Source of the DNA: Craspedostauros australis
Taxonomy: Eukaryota
Assembly: GCA_030167865.1 (NCBI GenBank)
Contig: JALAGF010002776.1
Span: 1-50,414, forward strand
DNA length: 50,414 nucleotides
Reading direction: 5' to 3'
Shown: piece after piece, positions 31,208-42,014 of the stretch
Layout: each line of letters begins with the position of its first letter
How positions within the stretch are numbered: the first letter of the stretch is position 1
Translations under genes and position numbers: made by a program
The notes under the pieces: generated by a model
Seen by the model: the letters and a program-made list of their open reading frames with translations, nothing else
Database searches by the model: none
What the model was told of the DNA's origin: nothing

Positions 31208-34200
31208 TTAAGATCTCTTCTGTCGTTTGGCGCGACGCGTCACGACGGTGGACATCTCCTCGACAGTGCTCTTCCTGTTGTGTTTGGTGTAGCGCTTGCC
31301 ATCCAATGGCACGAATGCGTACGGCTCGAATTTCTGCCCCTTCTTCCTCACATCGCCACCGGACTTCTTCGACTTGTAAGCGGCACCCAGGGCAGATACT
31401 TGCTTCTGTCGCTGCTGCTGTTTCTTGCTTGCCCGAGCTGCGGTCGAGTTGCGTCTCTTGGCTTCTTCGAATCGGCTGATGTTGCCTGCCTTCGATTGTG
31501 ACGTTTGTGTGCCATTGCTTCTGTCGGTCTGCGCCGTTTCGGGGGACTCTCGGACAACGAGCTTGCCGCTTGCGTTGAACTGCAGGCAACCGTCATCCGA
31601 ATCGCTGCCATCATCCATGTTGTCATCAAAGCGGACCGTCTTCTTTGTGAGGTTGCTGATGTCATACGCGTCGCCCTTGGAGTCGTTCTTGACACGGAGA
31701 AGCGAGGACTTCGCGCCTCGTCCTGTCGCTGCGGTTGCATCCGAGCGCGATCGTTTGCCACGGCGTTGAACGGACGCGAGCGACTTGCTTGCGGTGGAGA
31801 AGCGTGAGGACATCGTCGCTCCTGTCCTTCGTGTGAATCCTGTTGCCAACGTGATGCCACCATCCGAGTCTTCCTCGTCTGAATCCAGCAGATCATCGAA
31901 ATCGCGAGCTTCGTCTTGCCTCGAACCCTCCTTGTTTCTTTTCTTACGTCGGGCTTCGCGCTCCGACAGCTTCCTCATGTGCGTCAGGAGGCGGCTATCT
32001 CCGTCGGAGACGAGCGGAAAGAGCTTCTCGTACCCAAAGAGCTTTACCAGCCGCTTCAGAATGATCTTGATCTTCGAACGGAATCTGTCCTTGCCTCTGT
32101 TGAACATGAGCAGGGATGGGACCAGCTCGGGCAACAACGGCTCCAACGCATCGCGGGGCATTGCGACAACCGTGACGCGCACGAACCCAACCACGCTCTT
32201 CACTACTTCGCGGGCGGCGTCGTTGAACAGGATGAGAACTATTTGCAGTAACGAAGGCAGCAGCATCTGGATCGTCTCATCTTCCTGTGACTTCTCAAAG
32301 ATGATTCTGGAAATCGCCGTGAGACCGGCCGATCTCATGTGAGGACTCTCAGCACCAAGCGAGGCGCAGACTGACTTGATGAACCCAGGCAGGTCATTTG
32401 TGTGCTCGACCATTGTCATCAGCACACTGTACGCAGTATCTCGAGTCTTCCTATTGAAATCTTTGAGGCAAAGAATGACCTCACTCAAAAAATGGGACAG
32501 TGCGGCCTGCACAAAGTACGGATGAGAGACAAACAAAAGGGGGTGAGAGGTGGTGAGATGACATTGCAGCAGCTGAAGCCAGGTGTCTGCTGCGACCGAA
32601 ATTCAATACTACCGAAGCAACAAACGGCACTCCAAATACTTACTGTGTGGGAGCTGTTGTTCGCATCCATGTTCTCCACCAACGAGCCCAGGCATTTCAA
32701 ACGCATGTGACGGGCAGATATTTGCGACGTTGCGCTTGCCACGGTCAGGATGTCGCACAGATCCTTGAGGCGGTCTGCTTCCAACAAGAAATTGCTGTTG
32801 GCTTTGCACAGTGCTCCAAGGACCTTGTACGAGCGCTTCTGAACTCTGGGATGAGTTTCATCGGTCCGTATCATCGGCTTGATGCAGCGGTACAGCAATG
32901 CCACATCGTCGGAGTCCAACGACTTGGATAAGACCAGCGCCTCGGCGAGGCACAGCAAAGACAGTACCTCGCCTGTTTGGGTCGGATTTCCTGCATTCTG
33001 ATTCGCCTTGACCAGTTTTTGGAGGAGCCTTTTGAACAGCGCACGAACTGTGTCCGTCGAGGCGACTTGTGCCAGGCTCGAGATGGTGGCAGCAACCTGT
33101 TCGATGTCCTGATAGCTGCCGGAGTGGTTCTTGCCTTCGTACTCCTCGCGATGCAGCGTCCCGACGAGTTTGAACAGCGAGGGAAGCAAAGTCGAGCACT
33201 GCTTGTCAAATGCCTCCGAAAAACCGGTTTGCTCGACCTGCTCAGCATTTGACTGCGAGGCCAGCGAGACGAGGCCCTTGCAGATGAATCTGAGGATGAC
33301 CGGATACCGCCTGTCATTCACAGCACGAAGGAGTATCGGTACGATCTTTGACAGCTCTCCTTCCACATCCGATGCATGGTCGCAGATGGTGGGAAACGAC
33401 GCCCACAGATCTTCGACGCGGCGTTGGTACAGCGGCAACGGCTGCGCTGCCTTGCTTGCGATCATATCGTTTTGGCGCGCCAGTGGCAAAATGCTCTGGA
33501 GGAAGAATGCGAGATGGGTGGGCGTTGTTTGCAACGATGCCCCCCTTTGCCTCAGCACGGTCAGAACCCACCAATTGTCGGTTGCGGCTGTTCGCCCCGC
33601 AGGAAATATGATCGTCCAAAAGCTCTCAATCCCGATGGAGTCTGCGAGGGAGCATATTGCCTGATCGAGAACATCCGTGGGTTTCTCATCGCCAGCTAGC
33701 GTGGTTCGCTCGTGGAAGAGTTTGGAAAGGGTGGAAGAGAGCTGGCTTGGGTATTCATCGTACAGCATGGTGACGAAGTGCACCAAGGTCTGAACGGTGC
33801 TATCCCATGTATGCCTTGAATTGGCGTCGAGCACAGTTTCCATGATCGGGATGCACTTTGCGACCATTTCGTCAAACATCCCTGGTTCCTTCGTTCGGAA
33901 CGAAGCCAGTTCAACACGGAAGACTTCGGTCAGCTGCGGTGCCAGTTTGGCCGCGATCTCGGATTCATCGGTGTCTGCGTGGCATGCGCTGAGCTTGAGC
34001 ACCAGCCGGATGGCGAGAGGGAGCAGACCGCGGGCTGTCTTGGCATCGCCATATCGAAGCAGCTGCTGACATGCTGTCAGAACGAGGTCTCCATGCAGGA
34101 TGTGATTGGCAACACTGTCTTCCACAGCCAGCGCGACGTGAGGTCCGCTCAAGCCAGGTTGGGCTTGGAGGAGCGTAGCCAGAACGCGCGCGCCGAACTC

Positions 34201-35124
34201 CCCCATGATCCGTTGCTGTTTGGGCGATAGTTCTTCGATTTGCAGGATGCGTTGGACGGTAGACAGCAGTGCGACTATCGCTTCGAACCTTGCTTGAGCG
34301 TCATGCTTGGTTGCCTTCACGAACACCGTCTGCATGCCCATATCCCTGAGTTCCGACAGGCCCGTAGCCGCCTTCTCCATCAGCGTGCTACCGATCTTTG
34401 CCATGTCCATGAACGCGACAGCAGTATTGAGGAACTCGAGGGTCGGGGCAAGCGTGTTGCCCTTGCTGCCGGCTGACCCCACAGTGAACGATTTGATTTC
34501 AGAGTCCACCATCTTCATGACGTCCTTGCGAATTGCCTTGTGACACGCAGGGCTGCTCATCATGAGGAGTTCGCATGTGCTCTCCTGGGCAACCTGGGCG
34601 ACCTTGCGCTTCGGATGACCAAACAGCGTCAGCAGAGTGCCGTGAAGCAGGCTGCTAACCTCGTCGGGGGAGGCCTGAGGCGGGATCGATCTCAGGAACT
34701 CGCAGGAGCATCTGCAGGCACTTCGAAGGATGGAGGTGAGGCTGCTGAGATCATCCTTGGTGTCGAAGACAGCCTGCGCCTCCTGGCACGAGAAGACGAT
34801 GGCTCTCAGGATTCTGGAAACGACCGGGAAAGTGGCCTTCAGAGCCGACTTTTCGATGTGGGCGAATGTCACGCTGAGAAGCTCGAGCAGGGCGCATTGC
34901 GTCAGATGGGCGTCCAGCTGCTGCTTCGCCTCGCCGATGGCCAGCGTGGCCTCCAGAGTCTTGCACGCGGTGGCATACACGTGTTTCGCCGATCGATTCT
35001 TCGTGGGCTCGATTTCCAGAATAGAACTCGTAACGGAGGCCAGGCGCAGGAGCCTCGGATCTCTGCTTGTGCAATGGGTCTGGATGGTGTCCAGAACCTC
35101 GTCGTACGATTCTTCGTCCATCAT
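31208..35124 (-). CDS. RRP12: Ribosome biogenesis HEAT-repeat protein RRP12, 2 exons
   Basis: Exons 35124-32644 and 32506-31208 (phase-0 intron GTAAGT...TGCAG). Motifs: LWASFPTIC, VQKRSYKVL, EVILCLKD.N.KTRD.AY, REVVKSVVGFV, RSKIKIILKRL, G..YKSKKSGGDVRKKGQKFEPYAFVPL. Confidence 0.93.
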
Positions 35125-35955
35125 GGTGGTTGCGCCGATTCGTAGCTGCTCGAATCTACGGTACGATACGATACGATACGAATACGAGCGGAGTCGACAA
35201 GATGATGATTGTGCCGATACGGACGCAGGTGTTGATGCGGATGCAGATGCAGGTCCAGTGCGGATTTCGTGAGCAACAACGACAATTTGCGATGTTGATT
35301 GTTCCTCATGTTTTTGCTTTTGCGTCTTGTTGCGTTTGGTGGTGGCGATTTGTTGGTCATCGGCTTGCAGACAGACGCATATCGTGGATTTTAATATTCA
35401 AACGGGACTTGAAACACAAATAACGAACAACTGGTGTGCTTTCATGTCCATAAATAGACATTGTGTGAAAGACGGCGTCAACGAACAATACGAGACAACA
35501 TGTCCAACAACAAATGGTATCATCTAATATACTATAAACGGACATGTGAAGTTGCGTTCGCGTCCTGTGTCGATTGCAATAAATACAAAGATACGTCACG
35601 AACCACATCGAAAAGATTTGTGTGTTCTGTCGTTCGCATCTATCTTGCTCTCGCGTTGCGCTCGCGTGGAATCTCGCAGTCAATTTGCGCGTGACGGAGA
35701 GGGGTTGGAGGATTCCTGTTCTGTGTCTTCCTCTTTCCTTCCTTCTTCAGCGACGCTTTCTGTGTCTCGTGTCTCTGTCTCGTGCCTCTTGTCTGTGTTC
35801 TTGTTTGCTTTCCCCCAGGCCACCTTCCTCGTCTTTTGGGATCTTGCTTCCCCTCGCACACAAAAAGATCGCCGCCGACTGAACTCAACGGACAACGTCA
35901 AAGAAGCACCTCTCCGACTCACCCACCCAGCAACAACAGCAACAACAGCAGCAGC

Positions 35956-37544
35956 ATGAAATTGAGCATTGCATTCCTCGCGCTTGGCCTCTCCATGGCC
36001 ACCGCCCTCGAGCTGGGCATTCGCGGCGCCGCCAAGGACCAGTCAACCGAGCCAGGACTCCAGTGCGCCATCGAAGGTTCCGCCAGCGAAGATGCGTGCT
36101 TGGTAAGACGAAGATGGCCTGACACCCCGCCTACGGCTTGTTACACGATCTTGACATTGCCGACGCCGGAGGAAATCGATGGCGTGACAACTGACCTGCT
36201 CTGCAGCTAATCTCACCTTTCGCACGACTGACCCATTTTGCTCCGCATCTTTCGTCTTCGCTCGCTTTGTTGCGGCCATTGCTTTCCAACTCATGGCTGC
36301 TGCCAACATCCGCACGATCGGAATGCCACCAATTTGAACACCCTCCTCTTTCGCCACCACCACCACCTGGCAGAATGCTGAGGACGAAGATGGAAACGAA
36401 TGCGTTTGGTGCAGCTTCAGCACCTTGAATGCTTGCGTATCGGCAGATCAGGCCGAAGTAATCGAGGAGAAGCTTCCCATGGTAACGTGCAGCAACGACG
36501 ACGATGATGACGATGCTCCACCAGAGGACGATGATGCTCCACCGGAAGACGATGATGCTCCAGCGGAGGACGATGACAGCTCTCCAGACGACTACTGGAA
36601 GTGCCTCAAGCAGGGTGACAATGAGGAAGACTGCAGCGGCTTGGGTTGCACTTGGTGTGTAAGTACCTGCGCGTGCTGCTTTTTTGGCGAAGGAGCATTT
36701 GGGTCTCAACGGTTTTGACGAACAGCTTTGTTCATTGGGGGTACTTGGTTGCTCGTCTGCTCGGAGGATTCGTTGATTGAATTCGAGCATGAAGCATTCT
36801 ATTATATGATTGAGGATCGCTATCCGCTCCATGATGACCGTATACCTTCCAAGGCGTTGTTGCTGTTGCCGCCGTCGGTCTATCCTGAAGTATTCTGACT
36901 TCGTTGCATTACATTGCCACACTTTTCTCTGTCTCGCTATCCGTTTGTTTCCGCTCCCGTTGTCACGAATATGATGTTACCAACCACAGATGACCGGAGC
37001 AGGGTACGGCATTTGCCTCGACGGTGAAGCCGCGAAGCAAGCCGACAAGAGCGATTGGGTTCAATGCGGGGCAGACATTGACGCCGCCATCGTTGCTACC
37101 AGCGCCAAGGAATTCGCCGTGAAGAACCCGTACGATGTCACCTGCGTCGCCGCGACAGCCGAAGGCGACAGCGAGACCTGCAAGCAAACCGTCGACGAAG
37201 ACGGTCAGCCATGCGAGTGGTGCTCGTTGCAGGCACACGAATTTTGTCTTTCCGACGAGCAGGCGCAGATCTTCGAGCAACTCGGAGCAACCTGCGACGA
37301 CGATGCCACGCCCTCCATTCTTTCTGTCGTCAAGGACATCCAGGACATCACCTGCATCGCACAATCGACCGAGGACGAAGTGACATGTGAGAGCACCATC
37401 GATGAGGACGGAAACGCATGCGAGTTCTGCACGATCTCCGACTACAACCTCTGCCTCACCGGAGACCAGGCTACGTTGGCGGAGCAATTGGGCGTCAGCT
37501 GCGGAGACGATAAGCGCAAGCAGCCCGTGCTGGAAAGCTCCTAA
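35956..37544 (+). CDS. Secreted acidic cysteine-rich protein with four 6-Cys repeats, 3 exons
   Basis: Exons 35956-36102, 36374-36658 and 36990-37544 (phase-0 GTAAG...CAG introns). Signal peptide MKLSIAFLALGLSMATA. Repeats follow C-x(9-11)-C...(DEDG)xxCx[WF]C...C[LV]...QA...C. Confidence 0.85.
36506..36568 (+). repeat. Coding 21-bp tandem repeat x3 (DDDAP[PA]E)
   Basis: GAYGAYGATGCTCCASCRGAR units in exon 2 of the Cys-rich gene. Confidence 0.9.
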
Positions 37545-38099
37545 GCTTGATCGGGGTCTCGGCTTCGCCTTCACGCCATGCGTTCGCTGCGAGACACAAA
37601 CAAATCGCACCAGGATGTATGAACGAGGAGTACAAGCAACAGACGAACCCCCCGGTGCTGGCCAACACTACAATGCATACAACTTGAAGCCGCACAATAT
37701 AACACTAATCTTACTAGTACTCGCAACTGGGAGTGATGACTCTGCTGCTTTCCCTTCAGAGCTGTATCACAGACTGTCCTCATTATTGCTTGCGCGGTAC
37801 GAGTGCGAAGACGAGCAGGCATCTGCAGTTTGGGCATCCCCATAGTCCTCGTATGGTGCCGTGGAGTATCCGACAACACTCATAAACTATCCATATGTAC
37901 TGGTGGTGGAGACCAGACGAGAAACACAATATTAACTTGTAATACTTGTAGAATACAATATACTACGCCCAATCTTTTAATATCATAGCATGCTGTTCTT
38001 GCGCTGTCATGGAAGAGGTGCCAGGACTCCACCTCGAGCTCGCACCTGTACTCGCACCATGAAGCATTCCACTGACTGCATGTACACCTGCCGTTGATT

Positions 38100-38504
38100 T
38101 CATTGTGTCTGTTGCTGGATGGTACGTATATTCGACAGATGATGATCGTAGACAGGACGTGGCACCTCCACACGCACAAGGTGCTTGCCGGGTATCAACG
38201 CTTGCGAAAGCTTGCGCTCGATCTGGCACCGTTTGCCTTTGTTCTCCTGCGAGTTGTTGTAATGGCTGGGATCGATTGTTCGTTCCTCTGTGACGTTGCA
38301 AAGGATGACGTTCTTCAGACGGTCCACGCAGACCAGCGTGCCCGACAGCTTTCGTCCATCGCTGAGGGTACAGCTGATCTTCTTTCCCAGGATTGCATGC
38401 ACAGCTGTGACAAGCTTATTCTGCGGTTGTGGCGACGATGGTGGCGACGATGACGGCGACGATGACTGTTGCTGTCTTTCGATTGTTTCACTTTCGATGG
38501 ACAT
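38100..38504 (-). CDS. NAA38: LSm-domain protein, NatC auxiliary subunit NAA38/LSMD1 (Mak31)-like
   Basis: Sm1 motif LGKKISCTLSDGRKLSGTLVCVDRLKNVIL and Sm2 motif ERKLSQALIPGKHLVRVEV. The C-x-D-R and PG-x-H residues favour NAA38 over SmB. Confidence 0.75.
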   Translation of the reverse strand: MSIESETIERQQQSSSPSSSPPSSPQPQNKLVTAVHAILGKKISCTLSDGRKLSGTLVCVDRLKNVILCNVTEERTIDPSHYNNSQENKGKRCQIERKLSQALIPGKHLVRVEVPRPVYDHHLSNIRTIQQQTQ

Positions 38505-39123
38505 CTCAGCTAACGCAAGCGTCCCTCTTCGCCTGTCTTGTGAGTACTAGTATGATGTGCTGTTGCTTGAGCTTACTCGTAGTTGCTTTGATGCTTTGAT
38601 GCTTCGATGCTTCTTGGAGAGAGGTCGTCCCAAGGTCTCCACGCCCCTGCCCCTGTTCCTGCTCCTACTCTTGGACACTGGTGTCTGTGCTGGTCTTTGT
38701 TTGCGTTGTTCTGCGCGCAGCGATTTTGTTCGATTCCATTCCGTCTCGCCTCGTCCCGCCTTGTTTTGATTTGGCGCTATTGGGATCTGTGGTGAATGTC
38801 TTAAAACAATCCACTTTTGCGAACGAGCGCAATCTTCCCCAACTGCCACCGAGGAATTGAGAACGAAGCCAACCGCAGTCACAACAGCAACACAGACAAA
38901 GTCGCGGGGATACCATCGCCTGCTCGCACTCCTGCACCCAGAACACAGGAGGGTATCTCGAAGAGCGAGGACAGCGAACAAGAACAAGAACAAGAGCAGG
39001 AGCAGGAGCAGGAGCAGGAACAGAGGCACTCTCGCGCACCATAGCTCGTCCTCGTCCACAGAAGCACCCAACAAGTCAGTGAACACAACCACACCCACAC
39101 GAACATCCACACGAACATAGACG

Positions 39124-41717
39124 ATGTCGTCGCCAAAGCCAAAACAGAATTCGAATTCGCTGACATGGAGCCTCGCGCTGACATGGGTTGCACCCATTCT
39201 GGTGCTGGCCGTGTTCAGCCGCTTCACATGGGAGAACGGGCCAGCCGTGACGCCAGTCGCTTCCAGGCCGATCTCTGTGGACACCCAAAAGATGCATCAG
39301 CAGACATCAACAACGGGACGCAAAAAGAAGAAACCGGAGCGAAGGTCATCCAAACCAATTCGTGATGATCGCCCATCATTTCTGTCATCCAAACCGCGGA
39401 GCTATCAAAAGGTGAATTCGAATTCGTGCCATCCCGTGCTTTCTGTTTGCTTCACCAATTCATGCTATTCATGCTATTCGTTCTTTTCGTTCTATTCGTT
39501 CTAGTCCTCTGTACCACTACTCCGCATTCGTACTGTATTTGTCAGGGCAGGGGTAATCTACAAGTAGTCCGTACTCTACGTTTGTGTGCATTATACGTAT
39601 GTTCAGCCTTGCATTCATGTAGTATAGTACGTCAATCTCAACCTTCTCGCACTTTCATCCTCGATCCACCATGCATGCTCTACGCAACGCAACGTCACGC
39701 ACAACGACACAATGAAACATGCACGTGCGATCCTTTGGATGTGCAGCTCCTGGATTCCATCGAGGTCAAACGCATGGATTGGATCGCTGAGACCATCACT
39801 CCGACTTTTGATTTCTTGCAGGGTGCCCAGCCATTGGGACATGACGACGCCAACACGTCGAAGCCCAAGAAGCCACGCGACCGAAGAAGCAGGGCGACGA
39901 ACACAAGAACAAACGCCAAAGACACTCGAGCTGGAGCCGGAGCCAACAGCCGCGCTGCAAGCAGCGACACCAGCACGGAGCAAGCGAAAAGAAGCATCCC
40001 ATCCTTGGATCCTGTGCGCAAGATGTTCCTAGACAAGATCGAAGAAGGACGAGCAGAGTATCAGGCAAACTCGGATGACATCTTCAAGGTCGTGAACTTT
40101 GCGGACACCCTGAGGCTCTACGACGTCAAATACCACGACGGAGGCACTGTGCAGGAGGAGGCCATCAAGGTGTACCAACATGCAGCTAAGTTGGCAAAGC
40201 AGCGAAGGGAGGCCGCCATCGAGAACGGCAAAGACCCGAAGACTTCGTTGTCCATGCTCGACAGCGTCAACGACGAGGTCGTCATCGATTATTCGGCACG
40301 CAGCGAGGATGGAATGCTGTGCACCATCCAATGCGGGCTGGGAAAGACGTACTTCATGGCGAATATGTTCGAGGAGGCAAGCGCGGCGTACTCCACCTGC
40401 CTCGAAGTTGCTCCGGAGTACCTCGATGCCAGATCGTCCAGAGGATCGACCAGGATCATCTTGGGCGACTACCGAGGTGCGGCGTCGGACTTTGAGAGTG
40501 TCATCGACGAGGATGTCGATCGAAGATTTCAGGATGCGTTCACAGGTCTCGCACGAGTCCTGCAGGCCAAGGAGAGCGCATCGGAACGGGGGTGGGAACC
40601 GATGATCCAAGTTGCCAAAGACCTCATCGGCCAGCTTGAGGCTGGACTGCGAGAGACGGACGATCCCAGCCCCAACGTCGTCATATCCAACTCCCTCAAC
40701 AGATTGTACCATGTGCTATTCCTCTACCACGACGTCAAGACGCTGGACACCGACGCAGCATGGGAGGCTCTGACATCCTCCTACGAGCACAAGTCCAACG
40801 CTATCGAACCATGGAACGAAGGGTTCGAGAAGCAGAAGACTGACACCACAACAGCCATCTTCCGCGACGGTTTCTGGCCGAGCGGAATTGGCAGTCAATC
40901 ACGAACACCGATCTTCATCATTGGCTTTGTCCGCAGCGGTTCGACGCTGCTCGAGAGAGTTCTCGATTCACACCCCGAGATCGTCGGCACTGGCGAGAAT
41001 TCAGTCTTCAATGGCCAACTGGATGAAATTCGCAACAGGATCGTCGAAATTAGTGTGGGAGGTGACACCTCTGAGCTCGCTTCTGTCATCGAGGCCATGG
41101 CTGACGGCGTGGTCGACGAGATGAAGAGCAGATGGGAGATGGTTACTGGCAACACCAACGATGGCGATACCGCCGAAGGTGCGGAGAAAATCAACCCGGC
41201 GAGATTTGTTGACAAAATGCTGACCAACTACTACAACGTCGGCTTCATCCATATGCTCTTTCCAAACGCGCTCATCCTTCACGTTGCTCGCGAGCCAATG
41301 GACACGCTGCTCTCGGCATACAAGCACGAATTCCCTCCGGGGGCATTGGATTACACATCGTTCTTCCCGAGCCTGGCAGAGATGTACATTGCTTACCGCA
41401 ATCTCATCGATCATTGGGATAATGAACTACCTGGCCGAATCACTCACGTTCGGTACGAAGACATGGTCAACGACCTTCCGACCGTGGCAAAAGGTGTCAT
41501 CGAAAAGGCTGGGTTGGAATGGAACGAGAGCGTTCTGGATTTCCACAAGAAGAAGCACGCGGTAAACACCTTGTCCACAACTCAAGTCAGGAAGGGCGTA
41601 TACAAAGACAGCATCCAGGCCTGGAAGCGATACGAGGATCAGCTGCAGCCCCTTGCGGAGCTCGTTGGCAGCCGAAAAAGCTTCGACAATTTGAAAACGT
41701 CCTTGCCTGGGTTTTAG
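39124..41717 (+). CDS. TPR-containing sulfotransferase (Sulfotransfer_3 type) with N-terminal membrane anchor, 2 exons
   Basis: Probable exon 1 is 39124-39411 (LALTWVAPILVLAVF anchor, donor AAG|GTGAAT). Exon 2 starts at 39747 or 39822 (both in phase) and ends at 41717. TPR helices (LGKTYFMANMFEEASAAYSTCLEVAP), 5'-PSB PIFIIGFVRSGSTLLERVLDSHP, FVDKML, 3'-PB REPMDTLLSAY, VRYEDMV. Confidence 0.85.
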
Positions 41718-42014
41718 AGGGTGAGAATCGTTGCTTGTCCCTCCTGTTCTCCGAGTATGAGTACGCATACATGTGAGTACGGGTATGAGTCGAGAAGAGC
41801 ACTTCGCACACGTGCTCTGCTCACTAATGTCTTTATAGGCGCGACGTACTACTCTACTCTAAAAGTACATACTTTGACAAATGTAAGCCTGCGTCTACAT
41901 TCAATCTACATACATACGTACAGCACAGCACCCATCATTTCCGAGTTTGCATGGGACGGGTGCGACGCTGGCATGCAGTGATTTCCTCCTCCGGTCCAAT
42001 GGCGAGCCCGTTGC

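Noticed and set aside
38547-39284. 245-aa minus-strand ORF and overlapping RS/CS-repeat ORFs
   Set aside because: Produced by (AACAAG)n/(CAGGAG)n hexamer repeats in the divergent promoter and by antisense overlap with the sulfotransferase exon
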